From contig JACKJP010000008.1 of assembly GCA_020637895.1 (NCBI GenBank), forward strand, positions 20,582 to 44,581: a stretch of DNA of 24,000 bases, read 5' to 3'. The notes beneath the pieces were generated by a model. The model was given only the letters and a program-made list of their open reading frames with translations. It did not search any database and was not told the DNA's origin. Shown piece by piece: positions 13,033-21,060 of this stretch. Each line of letters begins with the position of its first letter. Position 1 is the first letter of the stretch. The translations under genes and the position numbers were made by a program. The DNA comes from Rhodobiaceae bacterium. Lineage in GTDB: Bacteria; Pseudomonadota; Alphaproteobacteria; Rhizobiales; Tepidamorphaceae.

Positions 13033-13569
13033 ATGAGCCTCATACGTGCCGAGAAATCCATCTTGCTGATGGTCGATTTTCAAATTCGCCTGATGGCGGC
13101 AATCGACCGCAGGGACGATGTGATCGCGAATGCGCGCCGCCTTGCCGAGGCGGCAAAGATCCTCGGCATTCGCACGCTGTTCACCGAGCAAAATCCCAAG
13201 GGTCTGGGCGGGACGGTCGAAGAACTCGCAGCGCAGGACAGCCGCGACGTGATCGCCAAGACCAGCTTCAACTGCGCGCAGAGCGCCGACGTTACCTCGA
13301 AGCTGACTTCGGGAAAGCAGATCATCGTCGCCGGCGTTGAAGCGCATATCTGTGTTTTGCAGACCGCGCTCGGTCTTTCCGCGCTCGGCCATGAGGTATT
13401 CGTCGTCGCCGATGCCTGCGGTTCGCGCAAACCCGAGAACAGGGCCGCCGGGCTGGCCAGGATCGATGCGGCCGGCGTTGAAATCGTGACGACGGAGATG
13501 GTGCTTTTCGAGTGGATCGGAGATTCCACGCACGAGCACTTTCGCCAGGTCTCAGCGCTGGTGAAATAG
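13033..13569 (+). CDS. Isochorismatase-family cysteine hydrolase
   Basis: 178 aa with RBS ctGGAGGAacaggcaATG. Supporting features are ILLMVDFQ (the Asp of the catalytic triad), QIIVAGVEAHICVLQTAL (the catalytic Cys context) and VFVVADACGSR. Confidence 0.8.
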   Translation: MSLIRAEKSILLMVDFQIRLMAAIDRRDDVIANARRLAEAAKILGIRTLFTEQNPKGLGGTVEELAAQDSRDVIAKTSFNCAQSADVTSKLTSGKQIIVAGVEAHICVLQTALGLSALGHEVFVVADACGSRKPENRAAGLARIDAAGVEIVTTEMVLFEWIGDSTHEHFRQVSALVK

Positions 13570-13618
13570 GCGCCGGTAGTCGTGGCCGGCATGACTTATA
13601 TTTAAGTTGCGGACAGCC

Positions 13619-13675
13619 GGGGCATCCCACATCGTGCGGCGATCATCGCCAGCCGTGAGGATGCCCTTTTGTTTG
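13619..13675 (+). promoter_or_regulatory. Terminator-like hairpin overlapping the bacA RBS and start codon
   Basis: An 8-bp stem, gggcatcc (13620-13627) / ggatgccc (13659-13666), carries an inner ggcgat/atcgcc helix and is followed by TTTTGTTTG. The 3' arm overlaps the SD GAGGA (13657-13661). The TTG start (13669-13671) sits in the U-tract. Confidence 0.5.
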
Positions 13676-14952
13676 CTTCCTTCTTTCCCGATCCGAAACG
13701 TTTCTTTCTGTCCGCGGTATTGTGGACGATCCTCAGCATGGCCCTTTGGTATCTGTGGGCGCGCGATCTCGGCGAGGCGCTAAGCCTCGGCTGGCTGATC
13801 GGCAAGGGCTATCCGTCGGCGCTGGCGGAAGGCGCCGATGCCGCGGCGCAGGGCGCAAACAAGCTGGCGCTGACCGCTGCCATCGATGTGTGGCTCTACC
13901 AGTACATGATCGTCAGCGGCGCGTTGTTCGGGCTGCTCTGGTGGCGCCTGTCGCCGCACCGATGGTTTCGCTGGTCGGTGCTGGTTTCGATGGTGATCAT
14001 CTTCGCGACCTGGTTTCAGGTGCAGCTCGATGTGATGATCAACGAGTGGTTTGGAACATTCTACGATATCGTTCAGAAAGCACTGGGCGCTCCGGGAAGT
14101 GTGAGCACGCCCGAATATTTCGCTCAACTTTCCACGTTTGCGTCAATCGCGCTGGTCTACATCACCGTCGCGGTTCTCACCAGCTTCGTCGTCAGTCACT
14201 ACATCTTCCGCTGGCGTACCGCGATGAACGACTACTACGTGTCGCAGTGGGAACGTATCCGCCATATCGAAGGCGCATCCCAGCGCATCCAGGAAGACAC
14301 GATGCGGTTCGCCTCCATCATGGAAGGCCTGGGCAGCAATCTCATCGACGCGGTCATGACCCTCATCGCGTTTCTGCCAATCCTCTGGGGGCTCTCTGTG
14401 CATGTGAAAGAACTGCCGATCATCGGCGAAGTGCCGCAGGCGCTCGTCATCGTTGCCATCCTCTGGTCCGTGTTCGGAACGGGGTTGCTGGCGCTGGTCG
14501 GTATCCGCCTGCCGGGCCTTGAGTTCAGGAACCAGCGTGTCGAGGCGGCCTATCGCAAGGAACTGGTTTTCGGCGAGGATTTTGCCGACCGGGCGCAACC
14601 GCCAACGCTGAACGCGCTCTTTTCGAACGTGCGGCACAATTATTTCCGGCTCTACTTCAACTATCTCTATTTCAATGTCGCGCGCTACGGGTACCTGCAG
14701 GCAGGTGTTCTGGTCCCCTACGCGGCGCTCGGCCCAACAATCGCCGCCGCCGGCTTTACCCTCGGTGTCATGCAGCAGATCATCCGCGCCTTTGGCCGGG
14801 TGGAGTCTTCGTTCCAGTATCTGGTCAATTCCTGGACGACGATCGTGGAGCTGCTGTCGATCTACAAGCGCCTGAAGGCGTTCGAAGCCGCGATCAGGGA
14901 CCTGCCGCTGGGCGATATCGAGCATGAAGCGGCACCGGCGACACCGGCGTGA
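13669..14952 (+). CDS. bacA: SbmA/BacA-type peptide uptake transporter
   Basis: 427 aa with a TTG start. It is near-colinear with my recollection of E. coli SbmA. Shared segments include (M)FASFFPDPKRFFLSA, SPHRW..WS, FRWRTAMNDYY, RHIEGASQRIQEDTMRFA, GIRLPGLEFRNQRVEAAYRKELVFGED, NYFRLYF.Y.YFN and FQYLVNSWTTIVELLSIYKRLKAFE. It has no ATPase domain, so it is BacA/SbmA rather than a BclA-type protein. Confidence 0.9.
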   Translation: MFASFFPDPKRFFLSAVLWTILSMALWYLWARDLGEALSLGWLIGKGYPSALAEGADAAAQGANKLALTAAIDVWLYQYMIVSGALFGLLWWRLSPHRWFRWSVLVSMVIIFATWFQVQLDVMINEWFGTFYDIVQKALGAPGSVSTPEYFAQLSTFASIALVYITVAVLTSFVVSHYIFRWRTAMNDYYVSQWERIRHIEGASQRIQEDTMRFASIMEGLGSNLIDAVMTLIAFLPILWGLSVHVKELPIIGEVPQALVIVAILWSVFGTGLLALVGIRLPGLEFRNQRVEAAYRKELVFGEDFADRAQPPTLNALFSNVRHNYFRLYFNYLYFNVARYGYLQAGVLVPYAALGPTIAAAGFTLGVMQQIIRAFGRVESSFQYLVNSWTTIVELLSIYKRLKAFEAAIRDLPLGDIEHEAAPATPA

Positions 14953-15296
14953 GAGTGAGCCGGCGCTTGCATATTGCAGTATTTTGTGAGCAAGCTTTCG
15001 CCTGATTACTACGCGCGTGGATGCGACTATTCTAGATCGCGGGTGTGGTGATCGCTGGAATTGACGGCCCGAAGCCGAATGTTCTCTTTTGAGAGCGAGA
15101 GGCCTGGTACGAGGTTTCGGTATGCGCCGGGGCTTGCCCCGGACAAACTAAGGCAGTGGATCTACGCACGCTACCTACTAACGCCGGAGCGCGACACATA
15201 TCGACATCTGCTGGACAAACAGATTCCCAGCCATGTCCCCCAGGCGCCGGCATATCCCAACCCCACACATGAGTAGCGACAAGGAGATCCCTGAAA

Positions 15297-15509
15297 ATGG
15301 CTACAGGTACAGTTAAGTGGTTCAATGCCACCAAGGGCTATGGCTTCATCCAGCCGGATGAAGGCGGAGCCGACGTTTTCGTTCACATCAGCGCGGTAGA
15401 GCGCTCGGGCATGACGAGCCTCAATGAAGGCCAGAAGGTGTCCTACGAGCTGCAGATGGACCCGCGCAAGGGCAAGTCGGCCGCGGCGAACCTTTCCGCG
15501 ATCGGCTGA
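15297..15509 (+). CDS. cspA: Cold-shock protein (CspA family)
   Basis: 70 aa with RBS cAAGGAGatccctgaaaATG. The sequence [34 protein letters not shown] contains the RNP1 (KGYGFI) and RNP2 (VFVHI) motifs. Confidence 0.92.
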   Translation: MATGTVKWFNATKGYGFIQPDEGGADVFVHISAVERSGMTSLNEGQKVSYELQMDPRKGKSAAANLSAIG

Positions 15510-15538
15510 CACAGCCGTCATCGAATATCTGAAATCGC

Positions 15539-15572
15539 AAAACCCCGGCCCTGGCGCCGGGGTTTTGTTTTT
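15539..15572 (+). terminator. Rho-independent terminator after cspA
   Basis: aaaa-ccccggc (15543-15549) / gccgggg (15556-15562), followed by TTTTGTTTTT. Confidence 0.8.
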
Positions 15573-15610
15573 GCCGCTTTTGGGTGGCAAAGAGCGCGCG
15601 TTCAATCTGC

Positions 15611-15638
15611 TTGACGGGGAGGGGGCGGCTGATATTAC
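15611..15638 (+). promoter_or_regulatory. Candidate sigma-70-type promoter of the trp leader
   Basis: TTGACG (15611-15616), then 16 nt, then TATTAC (15633-15638), about 10 nt before the leader-peptide ATG. Confidence 0.45.
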
Positions 15639-15648
15639 ATGCGGCCCC

Positions 15649-15696
15649 ATGAACATGACGAACGCAATCGCCGGACGTTGGTGGGCCATCCTTTAG
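15649..15696 (+). CDS. trpL: trp leader peptide with tandem Trp codons
   Basis: atg aac atg acg aac gca atc gcc gga cgt TGG TGG gcc atc ctt tag encodes MNMTNAIAGRWWAIL. It lies about 95 nt upstream of trpE(G) and is followed by alternative hairpins and a terminator. Confidence 0.7.
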   Translation: MNMTNAIAGRWWAIL

Positions 15697-15730
15697 GGGT
15701 GGCCTGACGCATGTTCAGTCAAGGCCGCCA

Positions 15731-15770
15731 CCGCAGCGCGGCGGCCGGTTCCTCTGCTCTGCGGGTTTTG
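15731..15770 (+). terminator. Attenuator terminator of the trpE(G) leader
   Basis: An imperfect hairpin, CCGCAG-c-GCGG-c-GG / loop ccggtt / CC-t-CTGC-t-CTGCGG (15731-15764), is followed by gTTTTg. An upstream segment ggtggcc (15698-15704) can pair with ggccgccacc (15723-15732), giving a competing antiterminator that overlaps the 5' edge of the terminator. Confidence 0.6.
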
Positions 15771-15789
15771 CTGAAAGACCGAGGGAAAG

Positions 15790-17967
15790 ATGAACCGCAA
15801 TTTCTTTTCAATGCCTGCAAAGAGCACGTTCTCGACCGCTTCCGGGCTGGTCGTAAGACGCCATGTCGAGCTGACCGATATTGCCGCGCGCATGGACCAG
15901 CTGGTTGGCGATCTCGATCATCATCCCGGCGTTCTCCTGTCATCGGGCATGCAGGTTCCCGGGCGCTACGACAATTTCGACCTTGGCTTTTCAAGCCCGC
16001 CGCTGGTGGTGTCATCGCGCGGCCGTGACTTCGCCATCGAGGCGCTCAATCCGCGCGGGGAAATTCTGGTAGCGTTCCTCGCCGATGCGCTCAAGCGCGC
16101 CGCCGACCCGATGATCGTGATCGAGGAGACGAGCGCGCGGCGCATCGCGGGCTCCGTTCCGGCCAGCGACGCGCCGGTCGAGGAAGAGAACCGGACCCGC
16201 CGTCCGACCATTTTCTCCCTGATGCGGCAGCTTATCGCGGCGCTGAAGATCGCCGATGACGGGCTCCTGGGCTTCTACGGCGCCTTCAGCTATGACCTCG
16301 TCTTCCAGCTGGAAGACCTTGAAATGAAGATGGCGCGCGCCGACGATCAGCGCGACGTCGTCGTCTATCTGCCGGATCAGCTTTTCGCCTATGACCGGCG
16401 CGGTGAGCGCGGACTGGTCGCAACCTATGAATTCTCGTGGATGGGACGTTCTACCGAGGGACTTCCCCGCCAGACCAAGGAAAGCGCCTACAAGACCCAG
16501 GGCGGCAAGGCGTTTCGCGACATGAAAGCGGGGCATTACCGGGAAATCGTCGAGGAGGCGCGCCAGCATTTCGCCAGAGGTGATCTCTTCGAAGCCGTGC
16601 CGGGTCAGCTGTTCGGCGAACCCTGCACGCGCACGCCGGCAGAAATCTTTCGGCGGCTGGCGCGGATCAATCCGGCGCCCTTTGGCGCGCTCATCAATCT
16701 TGGAGAGGGCGAGTTCCTGGTTTCGGCCTCACCGGAAATGTTCGTGCGTTCCGACGGGGAACGGATCGAGACGTGCCCGATTTCAGGGACCATCCGTCGC
16801 GGCAAGGACGCCATCGCGGATGCCGAACAGATCCGGCTGTTGCTCAATTCGGAAAAGGACGCGTTCGAGCTCAACATGTGCACGGATGTCGACCGGAACG
16901 ACAAGGCGCGCATCTGCGAACCGGGCTCCATCAAGGTCATCGCGCGTCGGCAGGTGGAGACCTATTCCAAGCTCTTTCACACGGTTGACCATGTGGAGGC
17001 GGTGCTGCGGCCGGAGTTCGATGCGCTCGATGCCTTCCTGTCGCACGCCTGGGCTGTGACGGTAACCGGCGCGCCGAAGCTGTGGGCGATGCAGTTCGTG
17101 GAGGATCATGAAGGCTCGCCGCGGCGCTGGTACGGCGGGGCGCTGGGCGTACTTGGCCTCGACGGCCACATCAATACCGGCATCACCATCCGCACCGTGC
17201 GCATGAAGGACGGGACGGCGGAGGTTCGTGTCGGGGCGACACTACTCTACGACAGCGATCCCGTTGCCGAGGAAGAGGAGTGCCAGACCAAGGCGGAAGC
17301 GCTGCACCAGGCGCTGCGTGGCAGCGACAGCGATCTTGAGGCCCAGATTGACGATCAGCCGAGCGCCGGCGCGGGCAAGAAAGTCCTGCTCGTCGATCAT
17401 GACGACAGTTTCGTGCACATGCTGGCGGACTATTTCCGGCAGACCGGCGCGACGGTCAATGTCGTGCGGCATACGCATGCGCGCGAGCGTCTGGTGACCG
17501 GTGATTACGACCTTCTCGTGATGTCTCCGGGGCCCGGAAAGCCTTCTGATTTCAATACAAAAGAGACAATCGGACTTGCCCTGGAGCGCAATTTGCCGGT
17601 GTTCGGGGTGTGCCTGGGACAGCAGGCGATCGGCGAATATTTCGGCGGCAAACTTTCCCAATTGGCAACCCCCAGCCATGGTCGGCCCTCGCGGATCGCG
17701 ATACGGGGCGGATCGATCTTTTCAGGGCTTCCGGTCGAGATAGCAGTGGGTCGATACCATTCGCTCTACATCGACCCGGACAGCATGCCGGAAGATCTTT
17801 TCGTCTCGGCCACGACCGATGACGGCGTGCCGATGGCGGTCGAGCATCGGGAGCTTCCGATCGCGGCGGTGCAGTTCCATCCTGAATCCCTCATGACGCT
17901 CGAGGGCGGGGCCGGGAACCGGATCGTCGAGAACGCGATGCGGCTTACCGAAAGGGTCCGCGGCTAG
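15790..17967 (+). CDS. trpE: Fused anthranilate synthase TrpE(G) (component I + glutamine amidotransferase)
   Basis: 725 aa. The chorismate-binding part includes SPEMFVR, GTIRRG, LLNSEKDAFELNMCTDVDRND and GAPKLWAMQFVEDHEGSPRRWYGGALG. It is fused to a GATase-1 domain (VLLVDHDDSFVHML, PVFGVCLGQQAI, VQFHPES). This fusion is characteristic of rhizobia and relatives. Confidence 0.93.
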   Translation: MNRNFFSMPAKSTFSTASGLVVRRHVELTDIAARMDQLVGDLDHHPGVLLSSGMQVPGRYDNFDLGFSSPPLVVSSRGRDFAIEALNPRGEILVAFLADALKRAADPMIVIEETSARRIAGSVPASDAPVEEENRTRRPTIFSLMRQLIAALKIADDGLLGFYGAFSYDLVFQLEDLEMKMARADDQRDVVVYLPDQLFAYDRRGERGLVATYEFSWMGRSTEGLPRQTKESAYKTQGGKAFRDMKAGHYREIVEEARQHFARGDLFEAVPGQLFGEPCTRTPAEIFRRLARINPAPFGALINLGEGEFLVSASPEMFVRSDGERIETCPISGTIRRGKDAIADAEQIRLLLNSEKDAFELNMCTDVDRNDKARICEPGSIKVIARRQVETYSKLFHTVDHVEAVLRPEFDALDAFLSHAWAVTVTGAPKLWAMQFVEDHEGSPRRWYGGALGVLGLDGHINTGITIRTVRMKDGTAEVRVGATLLYDSDPVAEEEECQTKAEALHQALRGSDSDLEAQIDDQPSAGAGKKVLLVDHDDSFVHMLADYFRQTGATVNVVRHTHARERLVTGDYDLLVMSPGPGKPSDFNTKETIGLALERNLPVFGVCLGQQAIGEYFGGKLSQLATPSHGRPSRIAIRGGSIFSGLPVEIAVGRYHSLYIDPDSMPEDLFVSATTDDGVPMAVEHRELPIAAVQFHPESLMTLEGGAGNRIVENAMRLTERVRG

Positions 17968-19118
17968 TCGAGCGTTCTGCGGAATCGCAGGATCGCGATC
18001 GTCATTGCGATCAGCATCAAGAGCAGCAGCAGTCCGGCCTCGCGATAGAGGTCGGGCAGGCTCGCGCCCTTGAGCATGATGCCGCGGACGATCCTGAGAT
18101 AATGCGTCATCGGCAGCGCTTCCCCGATCCACTGCGCCCATCGCGGCATGCCGGCGAAGGGAAACATGAAGCCCGACAGGAGAATGCTCGGCAGGAAGAA
18201 CATGAAGGTCATCTGGATTGCCTGCAGCTGATTGCCGGCGACGGTGGAGAAGGAATATCCGATCGACAGGTTGGTCGTGATGAAAAGCAGTGTCAGTCCG
18301 ATGAGAAGCAGTGGATCGCCTTCCAGCGGTACCGAAAAGATGAACCAGCCGCATCCGAATATGATGGCCGCCTGAATGGCGCCGGCGAAGATGTAGGGCG
18401 TAATCTTGCCGAGCATCAGTTCCAGCGGGCTGATCGGCATTGCCAGCAGGCTTTCCATGGTGCCGCGCTCCACTTCACGCGTCACCGAAAGCGCGGTGAA
18501 GATCAGCATCGTCATGGTCAGGATCGTGCCGAGCAGCCCCGGCACGATATTGAGCCTGGTAACACCGGCAGGATTGTAGCGCCGGTGCTGCCGGAATTCG
18601 AAGGGCTGGACGTCCTCGCGGTTGGGCGGGATCACGCGGTCCCGTTCCAGCGATCTTTCGATTGTGCCCTGAAGCGCGGCCAGCGCGGTGCCGGAGGCAA
18701 CAGGATCGGTCGCATCGGCAACGACCAGGATTGCCGGCTTGTCGCCGCGTCTGATCGCCCGCTCGAAGCCGGCCGGGATCTCTACGGCGAACAGAACCTC
18801 GCCCGAGCGGATCAGGTGGTCCATCTCCGCTTCGCTCTCGGCCTCGATGACGAAGCGGAAATAGGATGTGTTGCGCAGTGCGGCGAGCACGGAACGGGTA
18901 ATGTCGTTGTGCTCCTGCATCAGCACGGCGGCGGGCAGGTTGGTCGGTGTCGTGTTGATTGCAAAGCCGAAAAGGATGATCTGCAGCAACGGAATCATGA
19001 TCATGGTCGCGAAGGTGACCCGGTCGCGCCTGAGCTGGATGAACTCCTTGACGAACATGGCGCTGAAGCGCGTGAACGCGCCGGGGCGTGCCGCGCGATG
19101 GGGAGCGCCGATGTTCAT
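17964..19118 (-). CDS. ABC-2 type transporter permease (YbhS/YbhR/YhhJ-like)
   Basis: 384 aa. It has one N-terminal TM helix, a large extracytoplasmic loop, then five TM helices, which is the ABC-2 architecture. Its ATG overlaps the ATPase stop (ATGA). Confidence 0.85.
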   Translation of the reverse strand: MNIGAPHRAARPGAFTRFSAMFVKEFIQLRRDRVTFATMIMIPLLQIILFGFAINTTPTNLPAAVLMQEHNDITRSVLAALRNTSYFRFVIEAESEAEMDHLIRSGEVLFAVEIPAGFERAIRRGDKPAILVVADATDPVASGTALAALQGTIERSLERDRVIPPNREDVQPFEFRQHRRYNPAGVTRLNIVPGLLGTILTMTMLIFTALSVTREVERGTMESLLAMPISPLELMLGKITPYIFAGAIQAAIIFGCGWFIFSVPLEGDPLLLIGLTLLFITTNLSIGYSFSTVAGNQLQAIQMTFMFFLPSILLSGFMFPFAGMPRWAQWIGEALPMTHYLRIVRGIMLKGASLPDLYREAGLLLLLMLIAMTIAILRFRRTLD

Positions 19119-20083
19119 GACAGGGTGCCCCCGCTGACGGCCTCTTCTGCGAAATTGTCGCGCGATTGCTGCATGAGATCGATGAAGACGTCCTCGAGCG
19201 TCGGCTCCGAAGGGCTCCAGCGATACTCGCTGCTCGCCTGAAACGGCCGGATCGCGGCCTTGAGGCGTTTCTCGTCGCGGCCGCTGACGTGCAGGCTGGA
19301 GCCGAACGGGGCGACCATGTCGATGCCATCGGTCTCCATCAGCTTTTGCGCAAGGCGATGAAGATCGGGTCCGCTGACCGTCCAGGTCGCCAGCTGCGCC
19401 TTCTCGATCACTTCCTCGACCGTGCCATGCGACAGCAATTCGCCATAGGCGATGTAGGCGATGCGGGTGCAGCGCTCGGCTTCATCCATGTAGTGCGTCG
19501 AGACGAGGACGGTCAGGCCGTCGGCGGCAAGGCCGTGAATCTCGTTCCAGAAGTCGCGGCGCGCCTGCGGATCGACACCGGCGGTCGGCTCATCGAGAAG
19601 CAGAAGGTCGGGCCCGGGCAGGATGCACGCGCCGAGCGCCAGGCGCTGTTTCCAGCCGCCCGACAATTGACCGGCGAGCTGGTTCTCGCGGCCCTTCAGC
19701 CCCAGTTGTTCGATGGCTTCGGCGGCAGCCTCACGCGGCTTGTCCAGCCCATAGATGCGCGCAACGAATTCAAGGTTCTCGCGAATGGAAAGATCTTCGT
19801 AGAGGCTGAAGCGCTGGGTCATGTAGCCGACACGCGGCTTGATAAGATCGGCCTGGGTCAGAATGTCGTAGCCAAGGCAGGTGCCGCGCCCTCCGTCCGG
19901 GGTGAGCAGACCGCAGAGCATGCGGATGGTCGTCGTCTTGCCCGAACCGTTGGGGCCGAGGAAGCCGTAAATCTCTCCGCGGCGGACCTGCATCGTCAGG
20001 TCATGAACGACGGCGCGGCCGCCGAAGCGCTTGGTGAGGCCCTCGACATCGATCACATATTCGCCCGCGCCGTTGCCGTTCAC
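19115..20083 (-). CDS. ABC transporter ATP-binding protein
   Basis: 322 aa with a GTG start that overlaps the HlyD stop (GTGA). Walker A is GPNGSGKTT, the signature motif is LSGGWKQR, and Walker B is LLLLDEPT. Confidence 0.9.
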   Translation of the reverse strand: MNGNGAGEYVIDVEGLTKRFGGRAVVHDLTMQVRRGEIYGFLGPNGSGKTTTIRMLCGLLTPDGGRGTCLGYDILTQADLIKPRVGYMTQRFSLYEDLSIRENLEFVARIYGLDKPREAAAEAIEQLGLKGRENQLAGQLSGGWKQRLALGACILPGPDLLLLDEPTAGVDPQARRDFWNEIHGLAADGLTVLVSTHYMDEAERCTRIAYIAYGELLSHGTVEEVIEKAQLATWTVSGPDLHRLAQKLMETDGIDMVAPFGSSLHVSGRDEKRLKAAIRPFQASSEYRWSPSEPTLEDVFIDLMQQSRDNFAEEAVSGGTLS

Positions 20084-21060
20084 TGGGCGCTCTCCGCATC
20101 GAGACTGACATCAACAGGCTGTCCGATCCTGACGGCGTCCGGGTTTTCCGGCCGCGCCTCGATGCGGAAGATCAGCTTGGCGCGTTCCTCGCGCGAATAG
20201 ATCACGGGCGGCGTGAATTCCGCCTCGCGGGCAATGAAAGAGATGCGCGCCTTCTGAACACCGTCACAGCCGTCGCAACGCACGGAAACCGTCTTGCCGA
20301 TGTCGAGGCGGGGCAGAACGTCCTGCGGCACGAAGAAGCGCACCTTGAGCTGGCCGGGCGGCAGCAGCGAGACGACAGGCCTGCCAAGGGGAACGACCTC
20401 GCCTGGGCGATAGTAGATTTCCTCAACACTGGCGATACCGCTCGCGGCGACCGTCGTGTTGTCGAGACGCACGCGCGCGGCGGCAAGTTGCGCTTCGGCG
20501 CGGTTCAGGGCCTGCCTTGCGCTCTCGATATCCTCCGAGCGGGCGGCAAGGCCGGCAAGCTCGATCTGCCTATGGGCTTCGGAAAGCGTTGCCAGATCGG
20601 CATCGTAGGCGGCTTTCGTCTGGTCGAGACGGGATCGCGTCGAGATCCCCTTGTCGACGAGGGCGCTGACCCGGTCATATTCCGATTTCGACGCGACCAG
20701 CGCGGCCGTGGCTCGTGCTTCCTGCGCCTTCAGGACGGCAATTTCCTCTGGCCGCTTCTGGGCGCTTTCCGAGCGCTCCAACGCGGCCTTTGCCTGAGAG
20801 ACTGCAGCCGCAGCAGCTTCCATGTCGGCATTCTGCAGATCGCTTTCCATGACAAAAAGCGGCTGGTCGGCGACGACACGATCGCCTTCCTCGACCTTCA
20901 GGGTCTGGAGCCGGCCGGATTCGTCGGCCCCGACGAAGAGAAGATCGGCCTCGATCCAGCCCTGCCAGGATGTCTCGGCCGCGTTCATTTCAAGATAGGC
21001 ATAGACACCCGCGGCGATGGCGGCCGCGGCTATGACGGCAACGACGATCCTGCGGTTCAT
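20080..21060 (-). CDS. HlyD-family membrane-fusion/periplasmic adaptor protein (YbhG-like)
   Basis: 326 aa. It has an N-terminal anchor (MNRRIVVAVIAAAAIAAGVYAYL), a long coiled-coil hairpin (ALERSESAQKR...AQLAAARVRL) and beta-barrel ends. Its ATG overlaps the TetR stop (ATGA). Confidence 0.85.
   Translation of the reverse strand: MNRRIVVAVIAAAAIAAGVYAYLEMNAAETSWQGWIEADLLFVGADESGRLQTLKVEEGDRVVADQPLFVMESDLQNADMEAAAAAVSQAKAALERSESAQKRPEEIAVLKAQEARATAALVASKSEYDRVSALVDKGISTRSRLDQTKAAYDADLATLSEAHRQIELAGLAARSEDIESARQALNRAEAQLAAARVRLDNTTVAASGIASVEEIYYRPGEVVPLGRPVVSLLPPGQLKVRFFVPQDVLPRLDIGKTVSVRCDGCDGVQKARISFIAREAEFTPPVIYSREERAKLIFRIEARPENPDAVRIGQPVDVSLDAESAQ

Noticed and set aside
13722-14925. ORFs at 13722..14522 (+, 266 aa) and 14143..14925 (-, 260 aa), inside bacA.
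   Set aside because: They are shadow frames. The bacA frame aligns along its length with SbmA/BacA.
14965-14998. GCTTGC-N19-GCAAGC followed by TTT, after bacA, as a possible terminator.
   Set aside because: The stem is only 6 bp, with a 19-nt loop and a 3-nt U-run. This is too weak to call.
15061-15276. 71-aa ORF in the cspA upstream region.
   Set aside because: It has no RBS and an atypical composition, and it lies in what is more plausibly the cspA promoter/leader.
15639-15707. An alternative 22-codon leader ORF (MRPHEHDERNRRTLVGHPLGVA) upstream of trpE(G).
   Set aside because: It contains no Trp codons. Its ATG starts immediately after the -10 hexamer (15633-15638) and so lies upstream of the predicted transcription start. 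The overlapping frame with tandem TGG TGG fits the attenuation logic.
18102-19329. Long ORFs at 18102..19241 (+, 379 aa) and 18475..19329 (-, 284 aa), overlapping the ABC-2 permease and ATPase genes.
   Set aside because: They are alternative-frame or antisense shadows with Arg/His/Gly/Pro-rich low-complexity translations. The permease and ATPase frames carry real motifs and coupled start/stop overlaps.
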